64,000 nucleotides of DNA from an uncultured Rivularia sp. (GTDB taxonomy: Bacteria > Cyanobacteriota > Cyanobacteriia > Cyanobacteriales > Nostocaceae). The notes beneath the pieces are model-generated. The model was not told the origin of the DNA, searched no databases, and worked only from the letters and a program-made list of their open reading frames with translations. Made by a program: the position numbers and the translations under genes. Each line of letters begins with the position of its first letter. Within the stretch, counting starts at the first letter, position 1. The stretch is taken from assembly GCA_963665115.1 (NCBI GenBank), contig OY762007.1, positions 6,080,001 to 6,144,000 of the forward strand, in the 5' to 3' direction. This document shows positions 24,248 through 35,692 of this stretch, piece after piece.

Positions 24248-27200
24248 TTAGTTTAATTCCTCCAATTCTCTTAAGATATTATCCTCAATAGCTAAGGCTA
24301 ATTCGGATATAGTTGGTGCTTCAAAGACAACACTTAATGATAGTTCTACTTGATAATATTTACGAAGTTGCGAAATCATCTGAGTCGCCATTAATGAATT
24401 TCCACCTAAATCTAAAAAATTATCATTAATACCAACTTTTTCAAATCCTAATAATTCCTTCCAAACATTTGCAATTTTTTGCTCAACTTCATTGCGAGGA
24501 GCGACATAAGTACTCTCTTGAAGATTTCGTGAATGTCTTATATGAAATGATTGATTATGATTATCCGATTTTGAATTCGGATGATTTAAAGAAATATTAT
24601 TCTTGTCAATCAGTAATTGTAGATTTCGAGTTGAAACTATAACTTGAGAAAGAGAAATGCCTAAAATTCGGTCAAACGCATCAATTGCTTCTGTAGATAG
24701 CATACCATTCTCAATAGTTTCTCTTCTTAATTTTTTGAATTCATCAGAGATATCAGATTTAACCGCCATGCCAACTTCTTTCCATGCATCCCAGTTAATA
24801 GCTACTGTAAATTGATGATTTTGACGAGTGTTAAAGTGAGCAAATGTATCTAAAAAGTTATTAGCTGCACAATAATCGACATCACCCAATCCACCTAAAA
24901 CCGAACTGAGACTTGAGATGAGTACCCAAAAGTCTAAGTTTATATTCTTGAGAAGATTGTGAAGTACTAGAGTTCCTTTTATTTTGGGGTCAGCAATATT
25001 TCTTCGTTTACTTAATGACTTGTTTTGGATTAATTCAATATCAATATCGGTAAATGCTGCTGCATGAATGACCCCATTAATTTCACCAAATCTTTCTATA
25101 CTTTGGTAAATAACCTGTTGCATCTGCTCATAATTAGTCACATCAGCAGATAATACGAAAACTTCTGCTCCTAATGTTTCTAATTCCTGTATTTGTTTAA
25201 TTTTTATGCTAGTAGCATCGGAAATATCATTGCTAGCTAACCATTGATTCCAATCCTCTCTTAATGGTAATTCCGAGCGTCCAATAAGAATTAGTTTAGC
25301 TTGTATTTTCTGAGCAAGGTATTTACTAAGTTCTAATCCTACTCCTCCCAGACCACCCGTAATTAAATATACACCTTGTTGACGTAATTGTGTTTTATTG
25401 TTGGTAGAAGATTTTTCTAAGTATATAGGTTCAAAGACTTGTACCCAACGATGATTATTTCGATAAGCAATAATTAATTCCTCTGAATTTAATCCAAATT
25501 CTGCAATTAATTCCTTAACTAAATTTTCAACTTTTAAATCAGATATTACTACATCAATTTGACTGCATTTAATGCCAGGATATTCTTGCGGTATAACCTT
25601 ACAAGGAGCTAAAATTGTAGCTTTTATTGGTGATAACTTTTCATTACCAGTCACATCATAAAGATTATTAGTGATAACTGAAATTTGAATATTTTTACTA
25701 ATATCTTGTTTTTCTAAAGCTTGCACTAAATAAATTAAACTCCAAAAACCGTTATTTTGAATTGTTTCTATTGGTTGGTTTAATGAATTACTGACACTCC
25801 ATAAATGAGTTATAACTTTTGGTATTTTTCCTTGTTTATAAATAGTCTGGAGCAAAATATTATAGTCATCCTGGTTCTTTGGATTAATAGTATAAGTGTT
25901 GCAATCAATTTGCTTAAATTCATCGCTAATTAATACTGCAATGGCATCTTGTTGTTTTTGTCGCAATTGTTGGACTATTTCAGAACCGATTCCGCATTCA
26001 TCAACAAAAACTAAGTAACAACCCGATACTATTTGCCCAGTTTTTAACAAAGGAACTCGTTTCCAAGAAGGAACATAAAACCAGTCAGCAATATTTGAAT
26101 TTTTAGTCAGATTTTTTTCGTGCTTAGTTAATAATGGGATTCGTTGTTCGGGTTCAATCCAGTAACGTTGTCGTTCAAAAGGATATGTTGGTAAAGGAAC
26201 GCGATGACGACGCTCGCGCTGATAAAATTCCGACCAATTGATGGGAACACCTTTCAACCAAAGCTGCCCTAAAGTATTAAGTATAAACGCTACGTCTGAG
26301 TTTTGCTCTTTAGGATGCCGTAAAGAAGGTAATACAACTTCTCCCATTGCTTCCTGAGAATGCTGTTTAACCAGAGTACATAATGTACGTCCCCGGTCCG
26401 ATTTCTAACAGAATACGATTTGGCTCTTCCAATAATGTAGATACACCACCACAAAACTGTACTGTTTGCCGTAAATGCTGCGCCCAATAATTTGCATCTG
26501 CTGCTTGTTCTGCTGTAATCCAGGTTCCCGTAACATTAGAAATAAAGGGAATTTTGGGATAATTCAGTTTAATTTTTTTAACTGCCTTGATGAATAGTTC
26601 TAATGCAGGTTCCATCATTTGAGAATGAAAAGCATGAGATGTATGTAAACACCGACACTCTACACCTTTAGCAGTTAATTGTTCGTGTAAGGTCTTTATA
26701 GCATCGTGAGTTCCTGAAACTACGCATAGTGAAGGTGCATTACTGGTAGCTAATGATAACTGTTCGTTTAATAAGCTTTTAACTTCAGCTTCTGGTAAGG
26801 GAACGGACAGCATAATACCCGGTGACATTTGCTGCATTAATTTTCCCCGATTAGCAACTAAAAGTAGAGCATCTTCAACTGACATCACACCAGCTATACA
26901 AGCAGCGACATACTCACCAATGCTGTGTCCTATCATGGCTTGAGGAGTTATACCCCAAGACATCCACAATCGAGCTAAAGCATACTCAATTACGAATAAT
27001 GCTGGTTGCGCGAAGTTAGTTTGCTTCAGTTTTTCTGCTGCTATTTCCCGCTTTGAGTCTTCCGGATAGATGAGCGATCGCAAATCTAATTCCAATGGTT
27101 TCATTAAAATTGAACAGCAATTATCTACTATCTCGCTGAATGTTGTTTCAGTTTGATAAAGTTCCCAAGCCATATTTATATACTGGGAACCTTGTCCGGA

Positions 27201-28799
27201 GAACATAAAAGTAATAGGATGCTCGCTAGTTTCCTCAAAGTGAGTAAAAACTTTTTTCGGCTCTAGTGGTTCTAATGCATTAATAGCATCCTCGTTGTTC
27301 TGACACACCAAAACTCTACGGTGATTGAACTCAGCACGTCCTATTTGTAATGTGTAGGCTACATCAGCTAGTTTTAACTCAGGATGTTGTCTAAGTTGTT
27401 TTACTAAATTTTCTGTAGCTGTTTGCAATGCTGATTCAGTTTTCGCTGAAAGTAATAACAACTGCCAAGGACGAGAATTAGTAGACTCTTCAAGGGCTGG
27501 AGCTTCTTCTAAAATTAGGTGAGCATTTGTACCCCCTATACCCAAAGAACTTACACCAGCACGACGAGGAGTACCGTTTTTCTCCCACTGGGAAAGTTGA
27601 GTATTAACAAAGAAGGGACTGTTATCAAAATCAATCTGAGGATTTGGCTGCTCAAAATGTAAGCTGGGTGGTATTTGCTTATGTTTGAGAGCCAAAGCAG
27701 TTTTGATTAAACTCGTAACCCCTGCTGCTGCATCTAAATGACCGATATTCGTTTTGACTGAACCAATTGCACAAAATTGCTTTTTATCGGTGCTTTCGCG
27801 AAAAACATTTGTTAAAGCAGAAATTTCAATGGGATCTCCTAAAACGGTTCCTGTTCCATGAGCTTCAATATAGCTAATGGTTTCAGGTTCCACATCTGCT
27901 AAACCTAGTGCTTCTGCAATCACTTGAGATTGTCCGTTAACACTCGGTGCAGTGTAACCAACTTTACCCGAACCATCATTATTGATAGCGCTACCTTTAA
28001 TGACAGCATAGATATTGTCACCCGAAGCGATCGCCTCAGCTAAACGCTTTAAAACCACTACTCCAGCACCATTACCAATAATCGTTCCTCTTGCTTTAGC
28101 ATCAAAAGCGCGACAGTGACCGTCAGGAGATAAAATTCCTCCTTCTTGATGCAAATACCCTGTTTTTTCGGGAATGCGAATAGATACTCCACCTGCTAAA
28201 GCCATATCGCATTGGTAATTCAATAGACTTTGACAAGCAAGGGTTGTTGCCACTAAGGAAGTAGAACAAGCAGTTTGTACCGTCAAACTTGGACCAGTAA
28301 GGTTTAATTTATAGGAAACGCGAGTAGCAAGAAAATCTTTATCGTTACCTATCATTTTCTGGAAACTGTTAGCTGACCCAATTTGGTCGCGGTTTAAGTT
28401 AAATGATTGATAATTATTTAAACTAGCACCAGCATAAACACCAATTCTATTGTCACTATTTTGGGAACTATAGCCAGCATTTTCCAATGCTTCCCAGGCA
28501 CATTCCAAAAACAAACGATGTTGGGGATCTGTTACTTCTGCTTCTTTTGGGTTAAAACCAAAAAATGAAGCATCAAATAAATCAATATCTTCTAATGTTG
28601 TTCCAACTTTTAAATAGTCAGGATGATTAAGAAATTCCCCAGAAACTCCAGATGCAATTAATTCTTCATCTGTAAACGTATAAATTGACTCAACTCCATC
28701 ACATAAATTCTGCCAAAAGCTGGAAACATTTTTCGCACCGGGAAAACGCCCAGAAATACCAATAATAGCAATACCTTCGAGAAAATTAGAGTTACCCAT
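24248..28799 (-). CDS. Type I PKS module KS-AT-KR-ACP; the two track ORFs are joined across a +1 frameshift at about 26391
   Basis: KS TACSTSL/HGTGT/NIGH; AT GHSIG and HAFH (malonyl type); removing one G gives EIGPGRTLCTLVKQH; KR GGLGGVG and YCAAN; ACP GGNSL. Confidence 0.93.
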
Positions 28800-28802
28800 A
28801 AT

Positions 28803-31800
28803 TTAATTCTTTTTACCCTGCTTACTTAATAAGCGCTTCTGGCGATTGATAGCTTCAATTTGCTTTTGAGCGCGACTACGTGTTCCTTTAAAAGAAAGCT
28901 GTTGTTTTTGATTTAAATATTCTGCTAATGAGTAAATAGTAGGATTTTGAAACATCGTTACTACTGATATATCTCGCTGCAAAATTGCACTCAGTTTATT
29001 ATTTACTTGCAGCATCAGTAATGAATTACCACCTAAATCGAAAAAGTTATCATTAATACCTATTTTGTCTAGATGCAGCACTTCTTGCCAAAGCTTGGCA
29101 ATCTGCTGTTCCGTTTCAGACTGGGGTGGCTTAAAAGTGGCTGTTAACTCTGGACGCTGATTATCAGGTACGGGTAAAGCACGACGGTCTATTTTGCCAT
29201 TAGGTGTCAAAGGTAAAGCATCTAGGATTACAAAGCTAGAAGGAAGCATATATTCGGGGAGTTTTTGTTTGAGAAAGCCTCGTAATTCATCTACAGAAGG
29301 CTTAGTATTCTCATGAGTAACCAGATATGCAATTAAACGACAGTCATTTGGTGTATCTTCCCTAGCTACTACTACCGTTTCCCTTACCTGGGGATGCTGC
29401 TGTAATAAAGCTTCAATTTCTCCTAGCTCAATGCGATTTCCACGAATTTTGACTTGATAATCTATTCTGCCTAAAAATTCAATGTTTCCATCTTCGCGAT
29501 AGCGTGCTAAATCTCCCGTTTTGTAAAGCCGTGCGTTTAAACTGAGATTTTGACTAGAAGAATTCCTATCTAATTGTAAACCATTAAATGGATTAGGGAT
29601 AAATTTTTCTTCAGTTAATTCTGGTCTATTCAAATAACCTCGTGCTAATCCCACTCCACCGATATGTAACTCGCCGGGAACCCCTATAGGAACAGGCTTT
29701 AAGCGTTTATCTAAGATAAATAGCTGTGTATTCGCAATTGGACGACCAATAGGAACAATATTTTCATTTTGAGCAGATTTACAGCACCACGCACTCACAT
29801 CAATAGACGCTTCCGTTGGTCCGTATAAGTTATGTAATTCAGCTTCAAAACTCTCGAAAAACCTTTGCTGTAATTCAGAAGATAAAGCTTCACCACTACA
29901 AATTACACGCTTGATACTTTTACAGTTTTGATGTTGTGGTTCCTCTAGAAAAACTTGCAGCATAGAAGGAACAAAGTGAAGTGTAGTTATTTTTTGTTGT
30001 GATATGAGTTCCGCTATATACCCCGCATCTTGATGACCTCCTGGTTTCGCTATAACTAAAGATGCACCCGTTAATAATGTCCAGAAAAATTCCCATACCG
30101 ATACATCGAAACTAAAAGGAGTTTTTTGTAATACTCGGTCTGATGATGTTAATTGATAAGCATCTTGCATCCACAGTAAGCGATTACACGCACCTTGATG
30201 AGTATTCATTACTCCCTTGGGTTTACCTGTAGAACCAGATGTATAAATTACATAGACTAAATTTTCTGGCTTTACATCGCTGGCTGGATTTTGAGAACTG
30301 TAATTTGTATTTGTATATATTGAACCTTCAGTATCTATACATACTAATTGGGCTTGATGTGGTGGGATTTCATTTTCCAAATGCGGTTGAGTTAACAATA
30401 CTGATACCTGAGCATCTGCCAGCATGAATTCCAGTCGTTCTTTGGGATATGCTGGGTCTAACGGTAAATATGCTCCTCCAGCTTTCAAAATAGCTATTAA
30501 ACCTACCACCATTTCAATAGAGCGTTCCATACAAATACCAACAACTGTGTCTGATTTCACACCCTGTTGCTGCAAGTAATGGGCTATTTGATTGGCTCGG
30601 CTGTTCAACTCCTGATAGGTTAATTGTTGCTGTCCAAAGATGACAGCAATATCAGATGGTGTTTTCTCTACTTGTTTCTCAAATAACTGATGAATACACT
30701 TATCTTGAGGATAATCTGTCTTAGTATCATTCCACTCAACTAATAACTGCTGTACTTCAGGTGGTGTTAATAATGGTAATTCTGAAATACATTGTTGGGA
30801 ATCGGTAACTATACTTGACAGCAAAGTTTGGAAATTTCCCAGCATTCGGGTAATAGTATTTGCATTAAATAAATCCGTATTGTACTCGCAAGTTGCAACT
30901 AATCCTTCCTGAGAGTCCTCCATAAACAATGTCAAATCAAACTTGGATGTACCGTTATGAACTTCCTCATAACTAACTGATACATCAGGTAAATCTAAAC
31001 TCGGCATTGGAACATTTTGCAAAACGAACATCGCCTGAAACAGTGGATTGTAGCTCAGGTCTCTATTTGGCTGTAGTTCTTCTACTAATTTTTCAAAAAG
31101 TAAGTCCTGGTGAACGTAAGCTTCTAAAGCTGTTGATTTCACTTGCGCTAATAACTCTTGAAAACTAAGCTTGTCAGATAATTCTGTACGCAGTACTAAA
31201 ACGTTGACGAAAAATCCGATTAGTTGCTCAATTTCTGCTTTGTTACGATTAGCAATCGGCGAACCCACAATAATATCAGTCTGGCCTGTATAGCGATACA
31301 GCAAAATTTTGAAGGCAGTAAGCAAGGTCATAAACAAAGTTACTCCCTGGTGACGGCTCAAATCCTTCAGTTCTTGTCTCAGAGTTTGGGGAAGAACTAA
31401 TTTTGCGATTGCACCTTTAAAAGTTTGAACTGGGGGTCGCGGACGGTCAGTTGGTAAATTCAGTACGCTTAGTTCACCCTCTAATTTTTGTTTCCAATAA
31501 GTCAGTAGTGGTTGAGTACGTTCCGAATCAATTGATTTGCGTTGCCAATTAAGAAAATCTCTATATTGGATAGGTAATTCCGGAAGTTTGGGAAGTTCGT
31601 TTTTAGAATATGCATCATATAGCCCAACTAGTTCTTTGATAAAAATGCCTATAGACCAACCATCTGCAATTATATGATGCAGAACAATAATTAAATGATA
31701 ATTTTTGTCACTTATTTGTACAAATTTTGCACGAATTAGCGATTTAGAAGATAAATCAAAAGGCTGTTGTGCTAACTCTGTAGTTAAACGCTGTGCTACG

Positions 31801-34187
31801 CTATTGCGTTCGTTTTCTGGCAATGAGCGTAAATCTTCAAAGAATAAATTTAAGGGTTCAGCTTGATTAATAACTTGAACGGGCTGTCCATCATTCAACG
31901 TAAAGCTTGTACGCAATACTTCGTGTCGTCTGACAATTTCGTTTAAACATTCTTGTAAGATTGCTTGATTAACAGAACCTTTTAAATTAATAACTACAGG
32001 AATATTATATGTAGCTGTATCGGGATTTAGCTGATGTATAAACCATAATCCCTGTTGGGCTAAAGATAAAGGAAAATCAGATGTATTTGTATTTTTTTCT
32101 TGCTGGGTAAGAGATAGTAATGGTAGTCCATCTGTAGTCATCTGAGCCAGTATCTTAGTGACGAGCGACCGGGTACTCATTCCTTCAAAAAAGTCTGCTA
32201 CCGATACCTCTACTTCCAAGTCAACCTCAACCCGGTTTTTCAACTCAAATACTTTCAGAGAATCAAGTCCAAGAGTAGTTAAGGGTTCTTCGGGATTAAT
32301 ATCATCTGGTACGACATTTAAAACTCTCGCTTCCTGTTCTATCAAATATGTCTCTAAAACTGCTTGACATTGCCTTGGAGGAAGCTTTAAAAGTTGAGAA
32401 CGCTTTATAATAGTTTCTTTTCTAGCAATATCGCTACTTTCGAGAATATTGCTTCCTACTACAGACAAGGTACCTTTTTCAAATCGAGCGCGAGTTTCAC
32501 GTCTTTGAATTTTACCGCTAGAAGTTTTGGGGATACTACCTGGTTTAATTAATACAACTGCATATACTTGTACTTCATGTTCTTCGCTAACCGCTTGACG
32601 AATTGCATTCGCTACTTCTGTCTTATCTGGTTTAGCACGAAACTCTAATTCTTGTACAACTACCAGCTTGTCTTCGTTATTATCTAAAACCGTAAATGCT
32701 GCACTAGCACCCACACGCAATGAAGGATGACTGCGCTCTGCCGTTAATTCTATATCCTGCGGGTAAAGATTGCGACCTCGAATTATAATTAAATCTTTGG
32801 CTCTACCTGTAATGAACAGCTCTCCAGACTGTAAAAAGCCTAAATCCCCAGTCCGCAGAAACGGTCCTTCTCCTGTATCTGATAAATAAGCATGGAAAGT
32901 CTCCTGCGTATCTTGCTCCCGATTCCAATACCCTTGACCAACACTCAACCCCGAAGACCAAATTTCCCCAATCTCCGAGGTTTGACAGCTTTTGAGTGTT
33001 TCTGGATTGGCAACTACTACCTTCTGTCCTGGTATGACTCGACCACAACTAACAAAGTTATATACATCCTCATCGTCAATAGACGATTCAACAACTCGAC
33101 TAGATTCTAATGCAGATTTCTGTAATGCTTTTATCGTTGGAGATGTAGCTTTATCTACACCGGAAACCATTAGGGTAGTTTCAGCCATTCCGTAACAAGG
33201 GTAAAAAGCCTCTATACGGAAACCACACTCTGCAAAAGCCTCTGCAAACCGCTTTAAAGTTTCATCCCTAATGGGTTCAGCACCATTAAATGCTACATCC
33301 CAACTACTCAAATCAAGATTCGCTTTTTGTTCTGGAGTGATTTTTTGCACACATAGGTCATAGGCAAAATTTGGTCCTCCACTCGTTGTTCCTTTATACT
33401 TGGAGATAGCCTGCAACCAACGATAAGGACGCTGAAGAAACGACGTTGGAGGCATAATAATACACTGGAAACCTCCATACAGAGGCTGCAATATACCGCC
33501 AATTAGACCCATATCATGGTACATTGGCAGCCACGTCACAAATTTACTTTCTGGTGAATGCCCCATAAACTGATAAGTTGTTTGAGCATTGTGCAATAAA
33601 TTTCCATGACTAATCATTACACCCTTCGGTGTGCCGGTGGAACCCGAAGTATATTGTAGAAAAGCTAAAGTATCTTTATTAATAGAAGGTTCTTTCCAAC
33701 TATCTTCTATTCCTGGTGCAAGATTATCCGTAGTCAGCCACTGCAAAGATTTAACGTCAGTCTTTTCTGTCATTAAAGACTGCACTGTAGATAATTTTTC
33801 TGTTGTCGTCAGAGCTATGGTTGCTTGTGCATCATTAGAAATTGCTTTGATTCTCGGTGTATTGCGCTTATTTCGCGGAGGATATGCAGTTACAGCCACA
33901 ACTCCTGCATACAAACAACCGAAAAAAGCAATTAAAAAATCTAGCCCCGCAGGATAAAGCAGTAAAGCGCGTTCCCTAGTCAAACCTTGTGCTTGTAATT
34001 GAGCCGCGATTCGACGCGCACGTCTATCTAATTCAAGATATGTTAATCTTGTTTCCTCGGTTTCACCATCTAATAAAAAGGTGAAAGCATTTCCATTTGG
34101 TTGCTTAGAGCTTCTAAGACGCAGTAGTTCAACTACTGTAGAGCAGTTGCGAGCGTCTTCAGAAAAGCTGGAAGAGTGTTTATTCAT
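28803..34187 (-). CDS. Starter synthetase: fatty acyl-AMP ligase (FAAL)-ACP-C-A[Ser]-T
   Basis: FAAL LQYTSGSTGTPKG, WLPMYHDMGLIG, PCYGMAE, IPKTSSGKIQR; ACP LGLDSL; C HHIIADG; Ser-type A; PCP GGNSL. Confidence 0.95.
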   Translation of the reverse strand: MNKHSSSFSEDARNCSTVVELLRLRSSKQPNGNAFTFLLDGETEETRLTYLELDRRARRIAAQLQAQGLTRERALLLYPAGLDFLIAFFGCLYAGVVAVTAYPPRNKRNTPRIKAISNDAQATIALTTTEKLSTVQSLMTEKTDVKSLQWLTTDNLAPGIEDSWKEPSINKDTLAFLQYTSGSTGTPKGVMISHGNLLHNAQTTYQFMGHSPESKFVTWLPMYHDMGLIGGILQPLYGGFQCIIMPPTSFLQRPYRWLQAISKYKGTTSGGPNFAYDLCVQKITPEQKANLDLSSWDVAFNGAEPIRDETLKRFAEAFAECGFRIEAFYPCYGMAETTLMVSGVDKATSPTIKALQKSALESSRVVESSIDDEDVYNFVSCGRVIPGQKVVVANPETLKSCQTSEIGEIWSSGLSVGQGYWNREQDTQETFHAYLSDTGEGPFLRTGDLGFLQSGELFITGRAKDLIIIRGRNLYPQDIELTAERSHPSLRVGASAAFTVLDNNEDKLVVVQELEFRAKPDKTEVANAIRQAVSEEHEVQVYAVVLIKPGSIPKTSSGKIQRRETRARFEKGTLSVVGSNILESSDIARKETIIKRSQLLKLPPRQCQAVLETYLIEQEARVLNVVPDDINPEEPLTTLGLDSLKVFELKNRVEVDLEVEVSVADFFEGMSTRSLVTKILAQMTTDGLPLLSLTQQEKNTNTSDFPLSLAQQGLWFIHQLNPDTATYNIPVVINLKGSVNQAILQECLNEIVRRHEVLRTSFTLNDGQPVQVINQAEPLNLFFEDLRSLPENERNSVAQRLTTELAQQPFDLSSKSLIRAKFVQISDKNYHLIIVLHHIIADGWSIGIFIKELVGLYDAYSKNELPKLPELPIQYRDFLNWQRKSIDSERTQPLLTYWKQKLEGELSVLNLPTDRPRPPVQTFKGAIAKLVLPQTLRQELKDLSRHQGVTLFMTLLTAFKILLYRYTGQTDIIVGSPIANRNKAEIEQLIGFFVNVLVLRTELSDKLSFQELLAQVKSTALEAYVHQDLLFEKLVEELQPNRDLSYNPLFQAMFVLQNVPMPSLDLPDVSVSYEEVHNGTSKFDLTLFMEDSQEGLVATCEYNTDLFNANTITRMLGNFQTLLSSIVTDSQQCISELPLLTPPEVQQLLVEWNDTKTDYPQDKCIHQLFEKQVEKTPSDIAVIFGQQQLTYQELNSRANQIAHYLQQQGVKSDTVVGICMERSIEMVVGLIAILKAGGAYLPLDPAYPKERLEFMLADAQVSVLLTQPHLENEIPPHQAQLVCIDTEGSIYTNTNYSSQNPASDVKPENLVYVIYTSGSTGKPKGVMNTHQGACNRLLWMQDAYQLTSSDRVLQKTPFSFDVSVWEFFWTLLTGASLVIAKPGGHQDAGYIAELISQQKITTLHFVPSMLQVFLEEPQHQNCKSIKRVICSGEALSSELQQRFFESFEAELHNLYGPTEASIDVSAWCCKSAQNENIVPIGRPIANTQLFILDKRLKPVPIGVPGELHIGGVGLARGYLNRPELTEEKFIPNPFNGLQLDRNSSSQNLSLNARLYKTGDLARYREDGNIEFLGRIDYQVKIRGNRIELGEIEALLQQHPQVRETVVVAREDTPNDCRLIAYLVTHENTKPSVDELRGFLKQKLPEYMLPSSFVILDALPLTPNGKIDRRALPVPDNQRPELTATFKPPQSETEQQIAKLWQEVLHLDKIGINDNFFDLGGNSLLMLQVNNKLSAILQRDISVVTMFQNPTIYSLAEYLNQKQQLSFKGTRSRAQKQIEAINRQKRLLSKQGKKN

Positions 34188-34324
34188 TTGTTTGATAGAT
34201 ACACCTCATTAAAAGCTCCACCGCTGGCAATTTGATGGAGATTTAAACTGTTGACCCAATAAAGTTTGTTGCAAGATGCTTTAACAAAATGTTGCAAATT
34301 GCATCAAACCTTAGTATATTTATA

Positions 34325-34345
34325 AATACTTAAATCTCAAGTATT
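34325..34345. promoter_or_regulatory. Palindromic site upstream of the cluster, possible Fur/iron-responsive operator
   Basis: AATACTT-aaatctc-AAGTATT inverted repeat about 140 bp upstream of the FAAL start, containing a TTGAGA half-site on the minus strand. Confidence 0.4.
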
Positions 34346-35326
34346 ATTTAATTATTACCAATACATACTTAAGGGAATTTGAACAACTATCCTATAATCA
34401 AGAAAAATCTAGCAGAAGAATACTGTAGCCAAAATCGTTATAACTGGATGCAGTCATACCTAATCATCCCCTAAATCTAAGGTTTTACGACATTACTTAT
34501 AGGGCAAACTTATCTAAAAATTTAAAACGCAATAACAATAGTCAGCGGAAAGCAAGTAGGTATAGTCGAGTTTAAAACATATAAGTTTCCTTATTATTAA
34601 CTCCGACCGTTAAGTTTCAGTCCCGCCAAGTCTAAGTAAATCTTCGATAACAGTACTCAAAACCCACTTCTGTGAATTCATTTCCATACTGTTGCGGCTC
34701 AACTTAAATTCTTTAGCCTCTATTACACTAACGAAAATAAGTAGCATTAGCAACAGGCAAAGCATCAATAAATATTATTCTTCCACTCAGATTTATTAAT
34801 GTTGTCTATTACTACATTTTGTCTTTCTTCTGGTAGATGAAATATTTATGCTTTTCCTTTGTCTACCAAATCGTATAGGGTAGAAGCCTTTTATAAATGA
34901 TTTTTCGGGAATATTTAAAAATGTTTATGTGTAGCGTTATGGTAGTGAATTTAATTAGTATCATAGGGTCTAAGTGTATGTCAAGTAAAGACCTGGTTTG
35001 GGAATTAACGTTGATTGGCGTATAGTAGTTAGAACATTCTTACTAGCTCTAATTGTGTATTGAAATACTTGGCAGAAGTTGGTAATTCGGCGTTTTTTAT
35101 TAAGTAGTACTTAATTAACACGTAGATGCCAGGTTAGTGTACGCTTCTGGAGTGGAGGGATTAGGGGGAGCAGTCTTCATGAAAAATAACAAGGTACCAC
35201 CAATTATCCAGTGTAGAATTTTTCTCCCTTCACTCCTTCCGCTTCCCCATGCCCAACTTCACATTTTCTTCATAAAAAACACGTTTTCAAACTGAAATTT
35301 ATAGTAAAATTCACGTAAATAAGAAC

Positions 35327-35343
35327 TTGAGACTTATTTGCAA
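35327..35343. promoter_or_regulatory. Fur-box-like site upstream of the secreted protein gene
   Basis: TTGAGACTTATTTGCAA resembles AT-rich cyanobacterial Fur boxes and overlaps an AAATAAG...CTTATTT inverted repeat. Confidence 0.45.
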
Positions 35344-35692
35344 TAACAGTGAATATACGTTAATCTCAGTTCATAATGTTTGCAATTTAAAATAACTTAT
35401 TCCAGCGATTTATCGTCAAAATTATCACTGAAAATGCTTGCGTGTTTAATCAAAATGCGCTGGCTTAATTTTGGTTGCAAACATATGAAGGGCAGTATTG
35501 TTGCAGGCACAGAACTATCTAGAAGGTTCTTTCTCGGCAGTGGTATCCCTTAAATCAATGTAGAGGTCGTAAGCAAGGAAGTATTTTTTATGCACTTTTT
35601 TCCGGAAAAAATATTATCTACTGCCGAATGCCACGGGTTAAGAGCCGACTGCCGACTGCCTTTTTCGGTAAACAATTATAAGGGTTTTATTC

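Larger units (their letters stand above)
1..34187 (-). other. Hybrid FAAL/NRPS/PKS biosynthetic gene cluster for a beta-hydroxyaspartate lipopeptide siderophore (cyanochelin-type); continues past the left edge
   Basis: Six co-oriented genes: FAAL-ACP-C-A-T; KS-AT-KR-ACP; (C-A-T)x3-C-TauD; I-A-T-C-A-T-C; TauD; I-A-T(partial). Asp-type A domains follow each hydroxylase. No TE or E domain in the window. Confidence 0.9.

Noticed and set aside
13889..26400. Programmed ribosomal frameshifting in the NRPS and PKS
   Set aside because: No slippery heptamer or stimulatory structure; the same +1 pattern recurs in unrelated genes.
2361..33957. Many short track ORFs overlapping the NRPS/PKS genes
   Set aside because: Antisense or alternative-frame shadows of long, motif-rich genes.
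34540..34900. Possible degraded minus-strand gene fragment in the intergenic region
   Set aside because: Multiple stops and no recognisable motif; cannot be supported.
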